From Eledone cirrhosa (lineage: Eukaryota): a DNA stretch of 64,000 bases. The translations under genes were made by a program, and so were the position numbers. The DNA lies in the NCBI GenBank assembly GCA_964016885.1, contig OZ024742.1, forward strand, positions 106,640,001 through 106,704,000, in the 5' to 3' direction. A model generated the notes under the pieces. The model ran no database searches and was not told the DNA's origin. It saw nothing but the letters and a program-made list of their open reading frames with translations. How positions within the stretch are numbered: the first letter of the stretch is position 1; every line of letters begins with the position of its first letter. Shown one piece after another: positions 40,536-55,289 of the stretch.

Positions 40536-43500
40536 TGACCCTGCCCCACCCCGTTACATCTAATCACCCAACCCTGCCCCACCCCCGTTACATCTAATCA
40601 CCCAACCCTACCCCCGTTACATCTAATCACCCAACCCTGCCCCACCCCGTTACATCTAATCACCCGACCCTGCCCCACCCCCGTTACATCTAATCACCCA
40701 ACCCTGCCCCACCCCCGTTACATCTAATCACCCAACCCTGCCCCCACCCCCGTTACATCTAATCACCCAACCCTGCCCCCCGTTACATCTAATCACCCAA
40801 CCCTGCCCCCACCCCCGTTACATCTAATCACCCAACCCTGCCCCCACCCCCGTTGCATCTAATCACCCAACCCTGCCCCCCGTTACATCTAATCACCCAA
40901 CCCTGCCCCCCGTTACATCTAATCACCCAACCCTACCCCCACCCCCGTTGCATCTAATCACCCAACCCTGCCCCCCGTTACATCTAATCACCCAACCCTG
41001 CCCCCGTTACATCTAATCACCCAACCCTGCCCCCCGTTACATCTAATCACCCAACCCTGCCCCCCGTTACATCTAATCACCCAACCCTGCCCCCCGTTAC
41101 ATCTAATCACCCAACCCTGCCCCCCGTTACATCTAATCACCCAACCCTGCCCCCCGTTACATCTAATCACCCAACCCTGCCCCCACCCCGTTACATCTAA
41201 TCACCCAACCCTGCCCCCCGTTACATCTAATCACCCAACCCTGCCCCCACCCCGTTACATCTAATCACCCAACCCTGCCCCCCGTTACATCTAATCACCC
41301 AACCCTGCCCCCACACCGTTACATCTAATCACCCAACCCTGCCCCCACCCCGTTACATCTAATCACCCAACCTTGCCCCCACCCCGTTACATCTAATCAC
41401 CCAACCCTGCCCCCACCCCGTTACATCTAATCACCCAACCCTGCCCCCCCCCCGTTACATCTAATCACCCAACCTTGCCCCCACCCCGTTACATCTAATC
41501 ACCCAACCCTGCCCCCCGTTACATCTAATCACCCAACCTTGCCCCCACCCCGTTACATCTAATCACCCAACCCTGCCCCCACCCCGTTACATCTAATCAC
41601 CCAACCCTGCCCCCCCCCCCCGTTACATCTAATCACCCAACCTTGCCCCCACCCCCCGTTACATCTAATCACCCAACCCTGCCCCCCGTTACATCTAATC
41701 ACCCAACCCTGCCCCCCGTTACATCTAATCATCCAATCCTGCCCCCCGTTACATCTAATCACCCAACCCTGCCCCCCGTTACATCTAATCACCCAACCTT
41801 GCCCCCACCCCGTTACATCTAATCACCCAACCCTGCCCCCACCCCGTTACATCTAATCACCCAACCATGACCCCACCCCGTTACATCTAATCACCCAACC
41901 CTGCCCCCCGTTACATCTAATCACCCAACCCTGCCCCCCGCTACATCTAATCACCCAACCCTGCCCCCCGTTACATCTAATCACCCAACCCTGCCCCCCG
42001 TTACATCTAATCACCCAACCCTGCCCCCACCCCGTTACATCTAATCACCCAACCATGACCCCACCCCGTTACATCTAATCACCCAACCCTGCCCCCGTTA
42101 CATCTAATCACCCAACCCTGCCCCCCGTTACATCTAATCACCCAACCCTGCCCCCCGTTACATCTAATCACCCAACCCTGCCCCCGTTACATCTAATAAC
42201 CCAACTCTGCCCCCACCCCGTTACATCTAATCACCCAACCCTGCCCCCCCCCCCCCCCATTTACATCTAATCACCCAACCTTGCCCCCACCCCGTTACAT
42301 CTAATCACCCAACCCTGCCCCACCCCCGTTACATCTAATCACCCAACCCTGCCCCCACCCCGTTACATCTAATCACCCAACCCTGCCCCCACCCCGTTAC
42401 ATCTAATCACCCAAACCTGCCCCCCGTTACATCTAATCACCCAACCCTGCCCCCGTTACATCTAATCACCCCAACCCTGCCCCCACCCCGTTACATCTAA
42501 TCACCCAACCCTGCCCCCACCCGTTACATCTAATCACCCAAACCTGCCCCCGTTACATCTAATCACCCAACCCTTCCCCCGTTACATCTAATCACCCAAC
42601 CCTGCCCCACCCCCGTTACATCTAATCACCCAACCCTGCCCCCACCCCGTTACATCTAATCACCCAACCCTGCCCCCACCCTGTTACATCTAATCACCCA
42701 AACCTGCCCCCCGTTACATCTAATCACCCAACCCTTCCCCCGTTACATCTAATCACCCAACCCTGCCCCACCCCCGTTACATCTAATCACCCAACCCTGC
42801 CCCCACCCCGTTACATCTAATCACCCAACCCTGCCCCACCCTGTTACCATCTAATCACCCAAACCTGCCCCCGTTACATCTAATCACCCAACCCTTCCCC
42901 GTTTACATCTAATCACCCAACCCTGCCCCCACCCCGTTACATCTAATCACCCAACCCTGCCCCCACCCCGTTACATCTAATCCCCCAACCCTGCCCCCCG
43001 TTACATCTAATCACCCAACCCTTGCCCCCCCCCCGTTACACTAATCACCCAACCCTGCCCCCCGTTACATCTAATCACCCAACCCTGCCCCCACCCCGTT
43101 ACATCTAATCACCCAACCCTGCCCCCACCCCGTTACATCTAATCACCCAACCCTGCCCCACCCCCGTTACATCTAATCACCCAACCCTGCCCCCTGTTAC
43201 ATCTAATCACCCAACCCTGCCCCCCGTTACATCTAATCACCCAACCCTGCCCCCCGTTACATCTAATCACCCAACCCTGCCCCCACCCCGTTACATCTAA
43301 TCACCCAACCCTGCCCCCACCCCGTTACATCTAATCACCCAACCCTGCCCCACCCCCGTTACATCTAATCACCCAACCCTGCCCCCCGTTACATCTAATC
43401 ACCCAACCCTGCCCCCCGTTACATCTAATCACCCAACCCTGCCCCCACCCCGTTACATCTAATCACCCAACCCTGCCCCCACCCCGTTACATCTAATCAC

Positions 43501-45303
43501 CCAACCCTGCCCCACCCCCGTTACATCTAATCACCCAACCCTGCCCCCCGTTACATCTAATCACCCAACCCTGCCCCCACCCCGTTACATCTAATCACCC
43601 AACCCTGCCCCCACCCCGTTACATCTAATCACCCAACCCTGCCCCCCCGTTACATCTAATCACCCAACCCTGCCCCCACCCCGTTACATCTAATCACCCA
43701 ACCCTGCCCCCACCCCGTTACATCTAATCACCCAACCCTGCCCCCCCGTTACATCTAATCACCCAACCCTGCCCCCCGTTACATCTAATCACCCAACCCT
43801 GCCCCCACCCCGTTACATCTAATCACCCAACCCTGCCCCCACCCCGTTACATCTAATCACCCAACCCTGCCCCCCGTTACATCTAATCACCCAACCCTGC
43901 CCCCCGTTACATCTAATCACCCAACCCTGCCCCCACCCCGTTACATCTAATCACCCAACCCTGCCCCCACCCCGTTACATCTAATCACCCAACCCTGCCC
44001 CACCCCCGTTACATCTAATCACCCAACCCTGCCCCCTGTTACATCTAATCACCCAACCCTGCCCCCCGTTACATCTAATCACCCAACCCTGCCCCCCGTT
44101 ACATCTAATCACCCAACCCTGCCCCCACCCCGTTACATCTAATCACCCAACCCTGCCCCCACCCCGTTACATCTAATCACCCAACCCTGCCCCACCCCCG
44201 TTACATCTAATCACCCAACCCTGCCCCCCGTTACATCTAATCACCCAACCCTGCCCCCCGTTACATCTAATCACCCAACCCTGCCCCCACCCCGTTACAT
44301 CTAATCACCCAACCCTGCCCCCCGTTACATCTAATCACCCAACCCTGCCCCCCGTTACATCTAATCACCCAACCCTGCCCCCACCCCGTTACATCTAATC
44401 ACCCAACCCTGCCCCCCGTTACATCTAATCACCCAACCCTGCCCCCACCCCGTTACATCTAATCACCCAACCCTGCCCCCACCCCGTTACATCTAATCAC
44501 CCAACCCTGCCCCCACCCCGTTACATCTAATCACCCAACCCTGCCCCCCGTTACATCTAATCACCCAACCCTGCCCCCCGTTACATCTAATCACCCAACC
44601 CTGCCCCCACCCCGTTACATCTAATCACCCAACCCTGCCCCCCGTTACATCTAATCACCCAACCCTGCCCCCACCCCGTTACATCTAATCACCCAACCCT
44701 GCCCCACCCCGTTACATCTAATCACCCAAACCTGCCCCCCGTTACATCTAATCACCCAACCCTGCCCCCGTTACATCTAATCACCCAACCCTGCCCCCAC
44801 CCCGTTACATCTAATCACCCAACCCTGCCCCCACCCCGTTACATCTAATCACCCAACCCTGCCCCCCGTTACATCTAATCACCCAACCCTGCCCCCCGTT
44901 ACATCTAATCACCCAACCCTGCCCCCCGTTACATCTAATCACCCAACCCTGCCCCCACCCCGTTACATCTAATCACCCAACCCTGCCCCCACCCCGTTAC
45001 ATCTAATCACCCAACCCTGCCCCACCCCCGTTACATCTAATCACCCAACCCTGCCCCCCGTTACATCTAATCACCCAACCCTGCCCCCCGTTACATCTAA
45101 TCACCCAACCCTGCCCCCCGTTACATCTAATCACCCAACCCTGCCCCCACCCCGTTACATCTAATCACCCAACCCTGCCCCACCCCCGTTACATCTAATC
45201 ACCCAACCCTGCCCCCCGTTACATCTAATCACCCAACCCTGCCCCCCGTTACATCTAATCACCCAACCCTGCCCCCCGTTACATCTAATCACCCTAACCC
45301 TAA
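40536..45303. repeat. 30-34-bp C-rich minisatellite (ccgttacatctaatcacccaaccctgcccc[cacc])n, roughly 150 copies
   Basis: Direct reading; two alternating length variants; ends in CCCTAACCCTAA. Confidence 0.97.
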
Positions 45304-45389
45304 ACTGAATGTAGTTACCACATGAGTTAGCGATCTGCTGGGTTTGAAATGTCTGCTCCTGTTTACCTGGTGCAGTAGCCTTCTCACCT

Positions 45390-45679
45390 ACCATATCATC
45401 ATCATCGCTGTCATCATTACCATTATCATTGCCGTCGCTTTGTCATCACCATCCTTATCATCAACAGCAGCAGCAGCATCACTATCATCATCACCATCAA
45501 CATCACCAACACACACACCCCCACTACCGACATCATCATCATCACCACTACCACTATCATCATCATCATCATCACCACCACTATCATCATCATCATCATC
45601 ATCACCATCAAGATCACCAACACACACACACCCCATCCCCACCCCCACTACCGACATCATCATCATCACCACCACCACT

Positions 45680-45711
<32 letters not shown>

Positions 45712-46100
45712 AATCATCACCACCATCATCATCCCCATCAATAACATCCCCATCACCATCATCACCATCAACATCATCAACAGCGACACCATCAAGATCA
45801 ACATCACCGACACCACACCGCTACTACTGACATCATCACCACCACCATCACGATCATCACCATCAATATCATCACCATCATCATCACCATCATCATCATC
45901 ATCATCATCATCATCGCCATCATCACCACTACCATTATCACCATCAATATCATGAACATCAACATCACCATCATCTCCGCTACTGTCATCCTCCTTATCA
46001 TCATCATCATCATCATCGCCAGTGTTATTTATATCACTACCATCATCATCATCATCATCATCACTACCATCATCATCATCATCATCATCATTGTCATCAT
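45390..46100. repeat. (CAT/CAC)n low-complexity tract
   Basis: Direct reading. Confidence 0.9.
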
Positions 46101-46151
46101 AACAAACTTCTTCGACGCAATACATGGCATGTAAAACCTATAACTAGTGTA

Positions 46152-46152
46152 T

Positions 46153-46201
<49 letters not shown>

Positions 46202-46336
46202 CTCTATCTCTCTATCTCTATCTGTCTCTCTATCTCTCTATCTCGCTCTATCTATCTATCTATCTATCTCCTTCTCACTCTCTCTCTCTATCTCTCTCTC
46301 TATCTATTATCTATCTATCTCTATCTATCTCTCTAC

Positions 46337-46390
<54 letters not shown>

Positions 46391-46695
46391 CTCTATCTAT
46401 CTCTCTATCTCTCTATCTCTCTCTATCTCGCTCTATCTATCTCTATCTATCTCTCTATCTCTCTATCTCGCTCTATCTATCTATCTATCTATCTATCTCC
46501 TTCTCGCTCTCTCTTTCTTTCTTTCACTCTATGTATCTATCTATCTCTCGTTCTCACTCTTTCTTTCTCTCTATCTATCTATCTCTCTATCTTTATCTAT
46601 CTGTCTCTCTCTTTCCCTCTTTCTCCTCATCCCCCCTCTCTCTCCCTCTTTCTCCTCACCCCCCCCCCACCCCCGCTCTCTCTCTCTCTCTCTCA
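46152..46695. repeat. (CT)n/(CTAT)n polypyrimidine tract
   Basis: Direct reading. Confidence 0.9.
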
Positions 46696-46812
46696 TACAC
46701 ACACACACTTATATTTGTGTCTGCTCACGACTGCATGGGCACCTAAAACTCTCATCATAAGCATGGTAAATACTCGACTGTGCGTGACGGCTGTAATAAT
46801 AATAATACATAC

Positions 46813-46857
<45 letters not shown>

Positions 46858-47426
46858 TGTGTGTGTGTGTGTATGTATCAACTACAGCTGTCACCGCAAT
46901 CAAGTATGACTTGATAACATGCGCCATACTTTTACTAAGTACTTTTGGCACCCATACAACCGCGAGCAGTCACAGGTGCACTCTCACCCTCCACCCCCTT
47001 GATCCAGCAGAACATCCACAATGTGACAATTGAAAGGAGAGAGGGTTACACCAGCACTGGGCTAGTACTTCTATTTATCGACCCCAAAAGGCTGAAAGGC
47101 AAAGTTTATCTGGATGAGGTTTGAAACCAGAATGCAAAGACTCGGAACAAATATCCAACATTCCAACCACTCTTCCAAATCAAACAAAATCTATTTGGAA
47201 ATATGGGCGGAACGTGTCTCGTATAGTGTAGTTTTCTTGCTAATGTTGGAATTAGTGAAATGATTGTCAGCTCTTTGCTTAGAAGCAGTCATTATTTCTG
47301 GTCAGCCATCTATAAAATAAAAAAACCGCTCTCCCCACAGAAAGATTCTAAACTACAGTCTTCCATGACCTAAATGTTTCCAATTCTAAAACTTTTTCCT
47401 CCTCCTCCTCCACAACCACTTTCTCC

Positions 47427-47563
<137 letters not shown>

Positions 47564-48709
47564 TACTTCTCTCTTTCTCTCTCTATATATATAAATATAT
47601 ATATCCCCTTTATTTATTTCTTGTGGGCGCAATATGGTCGAATGTTTAAGAAGTTAGCTTTACATTCATTACGTTCTGAGTTTGATCCCATTGTGTGGCA
47701 GCATGGTCAAGTGGCATAGCCTCAGGTCAACTAATGCCTTGTGACTGAAATTGGGTAAAAGGAAATTGTTTGGGAGCCAGTTAGACGGACTGTACCTGTA
47801 ATTCAAAAGGCCGGTCTTATCACACACAGCATCACACTGAATTTCACTGAGAAATTCGTTAACAGTACGCGTGTCTAGAGAGAGAACGAATGAACATTTC
47901 TGATCATTTTGTACGCATGATTTTGTCCTGTAGAAGCCATCTCGATATTAAATTGCATTGTTTTCACTCTACTTATGTATGAACCCAAACATATAATAAT
48001 ACAAACACAAGGTTCTAAAAACCTTCGCTAAGTACAAACCACTACCTCCCTACGGACAACTGACGCTGCACACCAGGTCCGAACACGGAAGAGCCGAATT
48101 CCACTGTCATCGCCTCCATCTCTCTCACCCTTCCCATCTCTCTGATAATTTCATGTGTGTTCCGTTAAACGAACAGCTTGAGTATTCATTGTCGAAACCG
48201 ACGGAGGTTCATTCCTTCTTTCCATCATTACAAGGTCAATAAATAAATAAAAAAAACAGTCCAAGGTGGTGGATTGGCGGAATTTTTTAGCGTTGGATGT
48301 GATGTTCAAGAGTATATTTTTAGTGCGTATCTTTGTTGTATAAAGATTTTTTGTTTTGTCTGCGAATATGAAGTTTTTTGGTTTGTTTTTGTATTTTTTC
48401 TGACACTCGTAGAGATCTGATGTCTTAGTATAGTTTATTTTGGGAACTGTTTTTATATTTTTAAAATTTTCTCAACCAACCGTACAAACAACAAGCTATT
48501 TAATGGGAATAACACAAAAGTTAACTACAACAGCACGTGAAACAAAGTACGCATTTAACTCTTTTTATACCAAACAACCGAAAGCAGCCTCTAGTTCTTT
48601 GAAACAAAACCACCCATTTGAAAGGGTTCCTATTTAAATTAGTATCTTCCAACTTAATTTGATATAGGAATATCTTGCTAAGTTATATATTACACATCAT
48701 TTTAATAAT

Positions 48710-48916
48710 GATTTCTACTATAGGCACAAGGCCAGCAATTTTGGGGGAGGGGGAAAGTCGATTAAATCGACCCCAGTACTTACTGATGCCTTATTTTATC
48801 GACCTCGTGAGGATAAAAGGCAAAGAACCTCGGCGGGATTTGAACTTAGGACCATAACTCTCTGCCGCGAAGCAGGGAGACCGACGATCTACCAATACTG
48901 CCAAACCACCGCCCTA
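48710..48916 (-). mobile_element. tRNA-derived SINE
   Basis: Reverse-complement homology to 1102-1316. Confidence 0.8.
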
Positions 48917-49147
48917 CGCACCATTTTAATAATGAAATAATTAAGAATTTCAATAAATCTGTATATACTGTGTATTTCATTAGAAACATGATCGTGAAAG
49001 GGTTAAAGCAGTAAACAACGATATATCTAGTAACCCACAGCACAAAGCTGGCGGTTGGTATATAGCGGGCACTAAGTTTTAGAGAATGTTGTACCTTTCA
49101 TCTGACTGCTGTCGTCCAATTAAGTTCGATTTAACTAGTTTTTCTTA

Positions 49148-49323
49148 CGAGGGTCGGCTGAAAATTTCATAGGCTGGCGAAAATAATCTCAGGGAATTAC
49201 CAAGTGAGGTTTACTTTACAACATAGTCTCTGGAAAGAAACAATGCAGTTATTAATAAGAAGAGTTGAAATTAATGCAAGAAATATTTCACAGCCAGCCT
49301 ATGAACTTTTCAGCCCATCCTCA
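49148..49323. mobile_element. Tc1/mariner-type MITE
   Basis: TA|cgagggtcggctgaaaatttcataggctgg ... ccagcctatgaacttttcagcccatcctca|TA: ~30-bp imperfect TIRs with TA flanks. Confidence 0.8.
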
Positions 49324-49389
49324 TATTATTCTTTAGCAACTTTCTCACATTAATTTTTTGTCCCATGAACGATCCCACATAAAAAAAAA

Positions 49390-52300
49390 AACTGTGATCG
49401 CACGTACCGAGCAACTGTGATCACATGCAACAAGTAACTGCGATCGTACTTAACAAGGAACAGCGATCGCATGTAACGAGCAACTGTGATCACACATAAC
49501 AAGCAACTGTGATCACACATAACAAGCAACTGTGATCACACATAACAAGCAACTGTGATCACACATAACAAGCAACTGTGATCACACATAACAAGCAACT
49601 GTGATCACACATAACAAGCAACTGTGATCACACATAACAAGCAACTGTGATCACACATAACGAGCCACGGTGATCGCACATAACAAGCAACTGTGATCAC
49701 ACATAACAAGCAACTGTGATCACACATAACAAGCAACTGTGATCACACATAACAAGCAACTGTGATCACACATAACAAGCAACTGTGATCACACATAACG
49801 AGCCACGGTGATCGCACATAACAAGCAACTGTGATCACACATAACAAGCAACTGTGATCACACGTAACAAGCAACTGTGATCACACATAACAAGCAACTG
49901 TGATCACACGTAACAAGCAACTGTGATCACACATAACAAGCAACTGTGATCACACATAACAAGCAACTGTGATCACACGTAACAAGCAACTGTGATCACA
50001 CATAACAAGCAACTGTGATCACACATAACAAGCAACTGTGATCACACATAACAAGCAACTGTGATCACACATAACGAGCCACGGTGATCGCACGTAGCGA
50101 ACAACGTGCAATCACAGTTGCGAGAAACTGTAATCGGGTGCAATAAGTAACTGTGATCGCATATAACAAGCAACTGTGATCGCATATAACAAGCAACTGT
50201 GATCGCATCTAACAAGCAACTGTGATCGCATATAACAAGCAACTGTGATCGCATATAACAAGCAACTGTGATCGCATATAACAAGCAACTGTGATCGCAT
50301 ATAACAAGCAACTGTGATCGCATATAACAAGCAACTGTGATCGCATATAACAAGCAACTGTGATCACACATAACAAGCAACTGTGATCACACGTAACGAG
50401 CCACGGTGATCGCACGTAACAAGCAACTGTGATCACACATAACAAGCAACTGTGATCACACATAACAAGCAACTGTGATCACACATAACGAGCAACTGTG
50501 ATCACACATAACAAGCAACTGTGATCACACATAACAAGCAACTGTGATCACACATAACAAGCAACTGTGATCACACATAACAAGCAACTGTGATCACACA
50601 TAACAAGCAACTGTGATCACACATAACAAGCAACTGTGATCACACATAACAAGCAACTGTGATCACACATAACAAGCAACTGTGATCACACATAACAAGC
50701 AACTGTGATCACACATAACAAGCAACTGTGATCACACATAACAAGCAACTGTGATCACACATAACAAGCAACTGTGATCACACATAACAAGCAACTGTGA
50801 TCACACATAACAAGCAACTGTGATCACACATAACAAGCAACTGTGATCACACATAACAAGCAACTGTGATCACACATAACAAGCAACTGTGATCACACAT
50901 AACAAGCAACTGTGATCACACATAACAAGCAACTATGATCACACATAACAAGCAACTGTGATCACACATAACAAGCAACTGTGATCACACATAACAAGCA
51001 ACTGTGATCACACATAACAAGCAACTGTGATCACACATAACAAGCAACTGTGATCACACATAACAAGCAACTGTGATCACACATAACAAGCAACTGTGAT
51101 CACACGTAACGAGCCACGGTGATCGCACATAACAAGCAACTGTGATCACACATAACAAGCAACTGTGATCACACATAACAAGCAACTGTGATCACACATA
51201 ACAAGCAACTGTGATCACACATAACAAGCAACTGTGATCACACATAACAAGCAACTGTGATCACACATAACAAGCAACTGTGATCACACATAACAAGCAA
51301 CTGTGATCACACGTAACGAGCCACGGTGATCGCACATAACAAGCAACTGTGATCACACATAACAAGCAACTGTGATCACACATAACAAGCAACTGTGATC
51401 ACACATAACAAGCAACTGTGATCACACATAACAAGCAACTGTGATAACACATAACAAGCAACTGTGATCACACATAACAAGCAACTGTGATCACACATAA
51501 CAAGCAACTGTGATCACACATAACAAGCAACTGTGATCACACATAACAAGCAACTGTGATCACACATAACAAGCAACTGTGATCACACATAACAAGCAAC
51601 TGTGATCACACATAACAAGCAACTGTGATCACACATAACAAGCAACTGTGATCACACATAACAAGCACCTGTGATCACACATAACAAGCAACTGTGATCA
51701 CACATAACAAGCAACTGTGATCACACATAACAAGCAACTGTGATCACACATAACAAGCAACTGTGATCACACATAACAAGCAACTGTGATCACACATAAC
51801 AAGCAACTGTGATCACACATAACAAGCAACTGTGATCACACATAACAAGCAACTGTGATCACACATAACAAGCAACTGTGATCACACATAACAAGCAACT
51901 GTGATCACGCGTAACGAGCCACGGTGATCACACATAACAAGCAACTGTGATCACACATAACAAGGAACTGTGATCACACATAACAAGCAACTGTGATCAC
52001 ACATAACAAGCAACTGTGATCACGCGTAACGAACCACGGTGATCGCACATAACAAGCAACTGTGATCACACATAACAAGCAACTGTGATCACACATAACA
52101 AGCAACTGTGATCACACGTAACAAGCAACTGTGATCACACATAACAAGCAACTGTGATCACACATAACAAGCAACTGTGATCACGCGTAACGAGCCACGG
52201 TGATCACACATAACAAGCAACTGTGATCACACATAACAAGGAACTGTGATCACGCGTAACGAGCCACGGTGATCACACATAACAAGCAACTGTGATCACA

Positions 52301-53073
52301 CATAACAAGCAACTGTGATCACGCGTAACGAGCCACGGTGATCACACATAACAAGCAACTGTGATCACACATAACAAGGAACTGTGATCACACATAACAA
52401 TCAACTGTGATCACACATAACAAGCAACTGTGATCACGCGTAACGAACCACGGTGATCGCACATAACAAGCAACTGTGATCACACATAACAAGCAACTGT
52501 GATCACACATAACAAGCAACTGTGATCACACGTAACAAGCAACTGTGATCACACATAACAAGCAACTGTGATCACACATAACAAGCAACTGTGATCACAC
52601 ATAACAAGCAACTGTGATCACACATAACAAGCAACTGTGATCACGCGTAACGAGCCACGGTGATCGCACATAACAAGCAACTGTGATCACACATAACAAG
52701 CAACTGTGATCGCACATAACAAGCAACTGCGATCACACATAACAAGCAACTGTGATCACACATAACAAGCAACTGTGATCACACGTAACGAGCCACGGTG
52801 ATCGCACGTAGCGAGCAACGTGCAATCACAGTTGCGAGAAACTGTAATCGGGTGCAATAAGTAACTGTGATCGCATATAACAAGCAACTGCAATCGCATC
52901 TAACAAGCAACTGTGATCGCATATAACAAGCAACTGTGATCGCATATAACAAGCAACTGTGATCGCATATAACAAGCAACTGTGATCGCATCTAACAAGC
53001 AACTGTGATCGCATATAACAAGCAACTGTGATCGCATCTAACAAGCAACTGCAATCGCACGTAACAAGCAACT
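49390..53073. repeat. 23-bp satellite (aacaagcaactgtgatcacacat)n, roughly 160 copies
   Basis: Direct reading; recurrent variant units (gagccacggtgatcg; gatcgcatat). Confidence 0.97.
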
Positions 53074-53143
53074 GAGAGTAACGACGGGGTGAATCATCAG
53101 CCTTTTTCACATAAACAAAATCTCGTCTCTCATTCATTCAAAC

Positions 53144-53183
<40 letters not shown>

Positions 53184-53279
53184 TTCTTTCGTTCTCTCTC
53201 TACCCCTTTCTCTCTTTTTCTATCTATCTATCTATATAATTTGTATGTATGTATATTTATATATACATACACACACACA

Positions 53280-53394
<115 letters not shown>

Positions 53395-53671
53395 ATGTAT
53401 ATATTTATGAGGTAGGCGTATATACTCAAATACACACATACACACGCGTGCATATTGCCTAGCGTCTCTGCATACAATACATTTTATACACGCATATGTG
53501 TGTGTATACATATATGTCTACCCAGAAATCAAATTTGAAAGAATATAGAGTAAAGTAATACATGTTACGCTCCCTCACCCGAAGGGACCATCATCATTAC
53601 CACACCACCACCAAAACCACCATTATCATCGCCATCTTTATTGCTACCAATATCATCCATATTATTGCCAC

Positions 53672-53860
53672 CAGTGGATTGGCAGTATCGGTAGAGGGTC
53701 GGACGCCATGCTTTCCAGCATAGTTACGTCCCTTTACGATCTGAGTTCAAATCCCGCCGAGGTTGACTTTGCCTTTCATCCTTACGGGGTCGATAAAATA
53801 AAGTACCAGTAATGCACTGGGGTAATTGCTGGCCTTGTGCCTAAAGTAGAAACAATTATT
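53672..53860 (+). mobile_element. tRNA-derived SINE (short-tail subfamily)
   Basis: Nearly identical to 23008-23188. Confidence 0.85.
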
Positions 53861-54499
53861 GCCACCGTTGTCGTTATCGCCATCATCATCATAATCCTCA
53901 TCATCATCAGCACCACCACCATCATCATAATCCTCATCATTATCATCACCACCTTCACTCCATCACCTTCACTCCATCACCACCATCATTGTCCTCATCT
54001 CATCAGCACCGCCACCATCATCATCATCGGCATCATTATCATCACCACCTTCACTCCATCACCACCATCATTGTCCTCATCTCATCAGCACCACCACCAT
54101 CATCATAATCCTCATCATTATCATCACCACCTTCACTCCATCACCGCCATCATTGTCCTCATCATCATCAGCACCAGCACCATCATCATCATCATCGTCG
54201 TCATAATCATCATCACCACCATCATCATCACCATTAGTATTGACATAATTCTCAATATGATTCAGCGTAAGACGGTATTTAAAATATAACTACCATCGAG
54301 CCGACGAACTTTCAAACAATTTCCATCCACCCAATTTTACTGACAAGGCAAGGGCCGATCCGATGCTATGGTAATTGCCCAAGATGCCACGAGAGCTAAT
54401 GATTGGGAAGCGACCTTCTTATCAATTCGGCCAAGCTATAAGAATGAAAGGCTAAGTTGACCTTGGTCAGATTTTAACTTAGAGTTCAGAGGGCAGAAA

Positions 54500-54878
54500 C
54501 AAATAATGGTTTCTACTTTTGGCACAAGGCCAGCAATTATCCCAGTGCATTACTGGTACTTTATTTTATCGACCCCGTAAGGATGAAAGGCAAAATTAAC
54601 CTCGGCGGGATTTGAACTCAGATCATAAAAGGAGGTAACTCCATGGGCAGAAACAAATAATGGTTTCTTATATAGGCACCAGGCCAGCAATTTTGAGGGA
54701 GGGGAAAGTCTATTAAATCGACCCCAGTGCGCGACTGGTACTTTATTTTATCGACCCCACAAGAATGAAAGGCAAAGTTAACCTCGAAAGGATTTAAACT
54801 CAGATCATAAAGGGCCGTAACTCTATGCTGCAAAGCATAGCGTCCGACCTACTACCTATACTGCCAATCCTCCGCCCT
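54500..54878 (-). mobile_element. Two tandem tRNA-SINE copies (truncated + full)
   Basis: 54500-54630 and 54655-54878 are reverse-complement homologues of 1102-1316. Confidence 0.85.
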
Positions 54879-54993
54879 GAACAGAAACAAATAATGACTA
54901 GAATGGTTACACAATATAAACATGAGTGCTATACAAACATTATATTGGTATGACTTCTAGAGCATTAACATGAGAGGCGCAGTTACTCTATAT

Positions 54994-55289
54994 CAGTGAT
55001 TCCCAACCTTTTGTGCCTCAGCATCTCAAACATCTTTATGCCCCAGGTTCATATAAAATCAGCGATGATCAACTATAAAGTGTAAACAAATTGACGTATG
55101 AGTGATGCTAGATGCACAATAACATGTGTGGAGGAGGTGAGACAGGAGTTTCCGACAGTAATTTGTTCCAAAGTTGTTGTCTTGGTTTAAAAGTAATAGA
55201 GCAAAATCTGATGTTCGTTCTGATTAACATCATTTTCAAATTGCCCCCCCCCCCCATGTGGGGCGTGCACCCCACGTTGGGAATCACTG
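54994..55289. mobile_element. hAT (Charlie-like) MITE with 8-bp TSD
   Basis: CTCTATAT|cagtgattcccaac ... gttgggaatcactg|CTCTATAT. Confidence 0.9.

Noticed and set aside
40536-45303. True telomere or repeat-protein gene (VIRCNGGQGW)n
   Set aside because: Internal position with only two CCCTAA units; 30/34-bp variants break the reading frame constantly.
45312-45390. Possible small minus-strand exon between the minisatellite and the (CAT)n tract
   Set aside because: AG/GT boundaries exist, but there is no polypyrimidine tract or recognisable peptide; unsupported.
49390-53073. CRISPR-like array
   Set aside because: Head-to-tail 23-bp units with no unique spacers, no cas genes, and a eukaryotic context.
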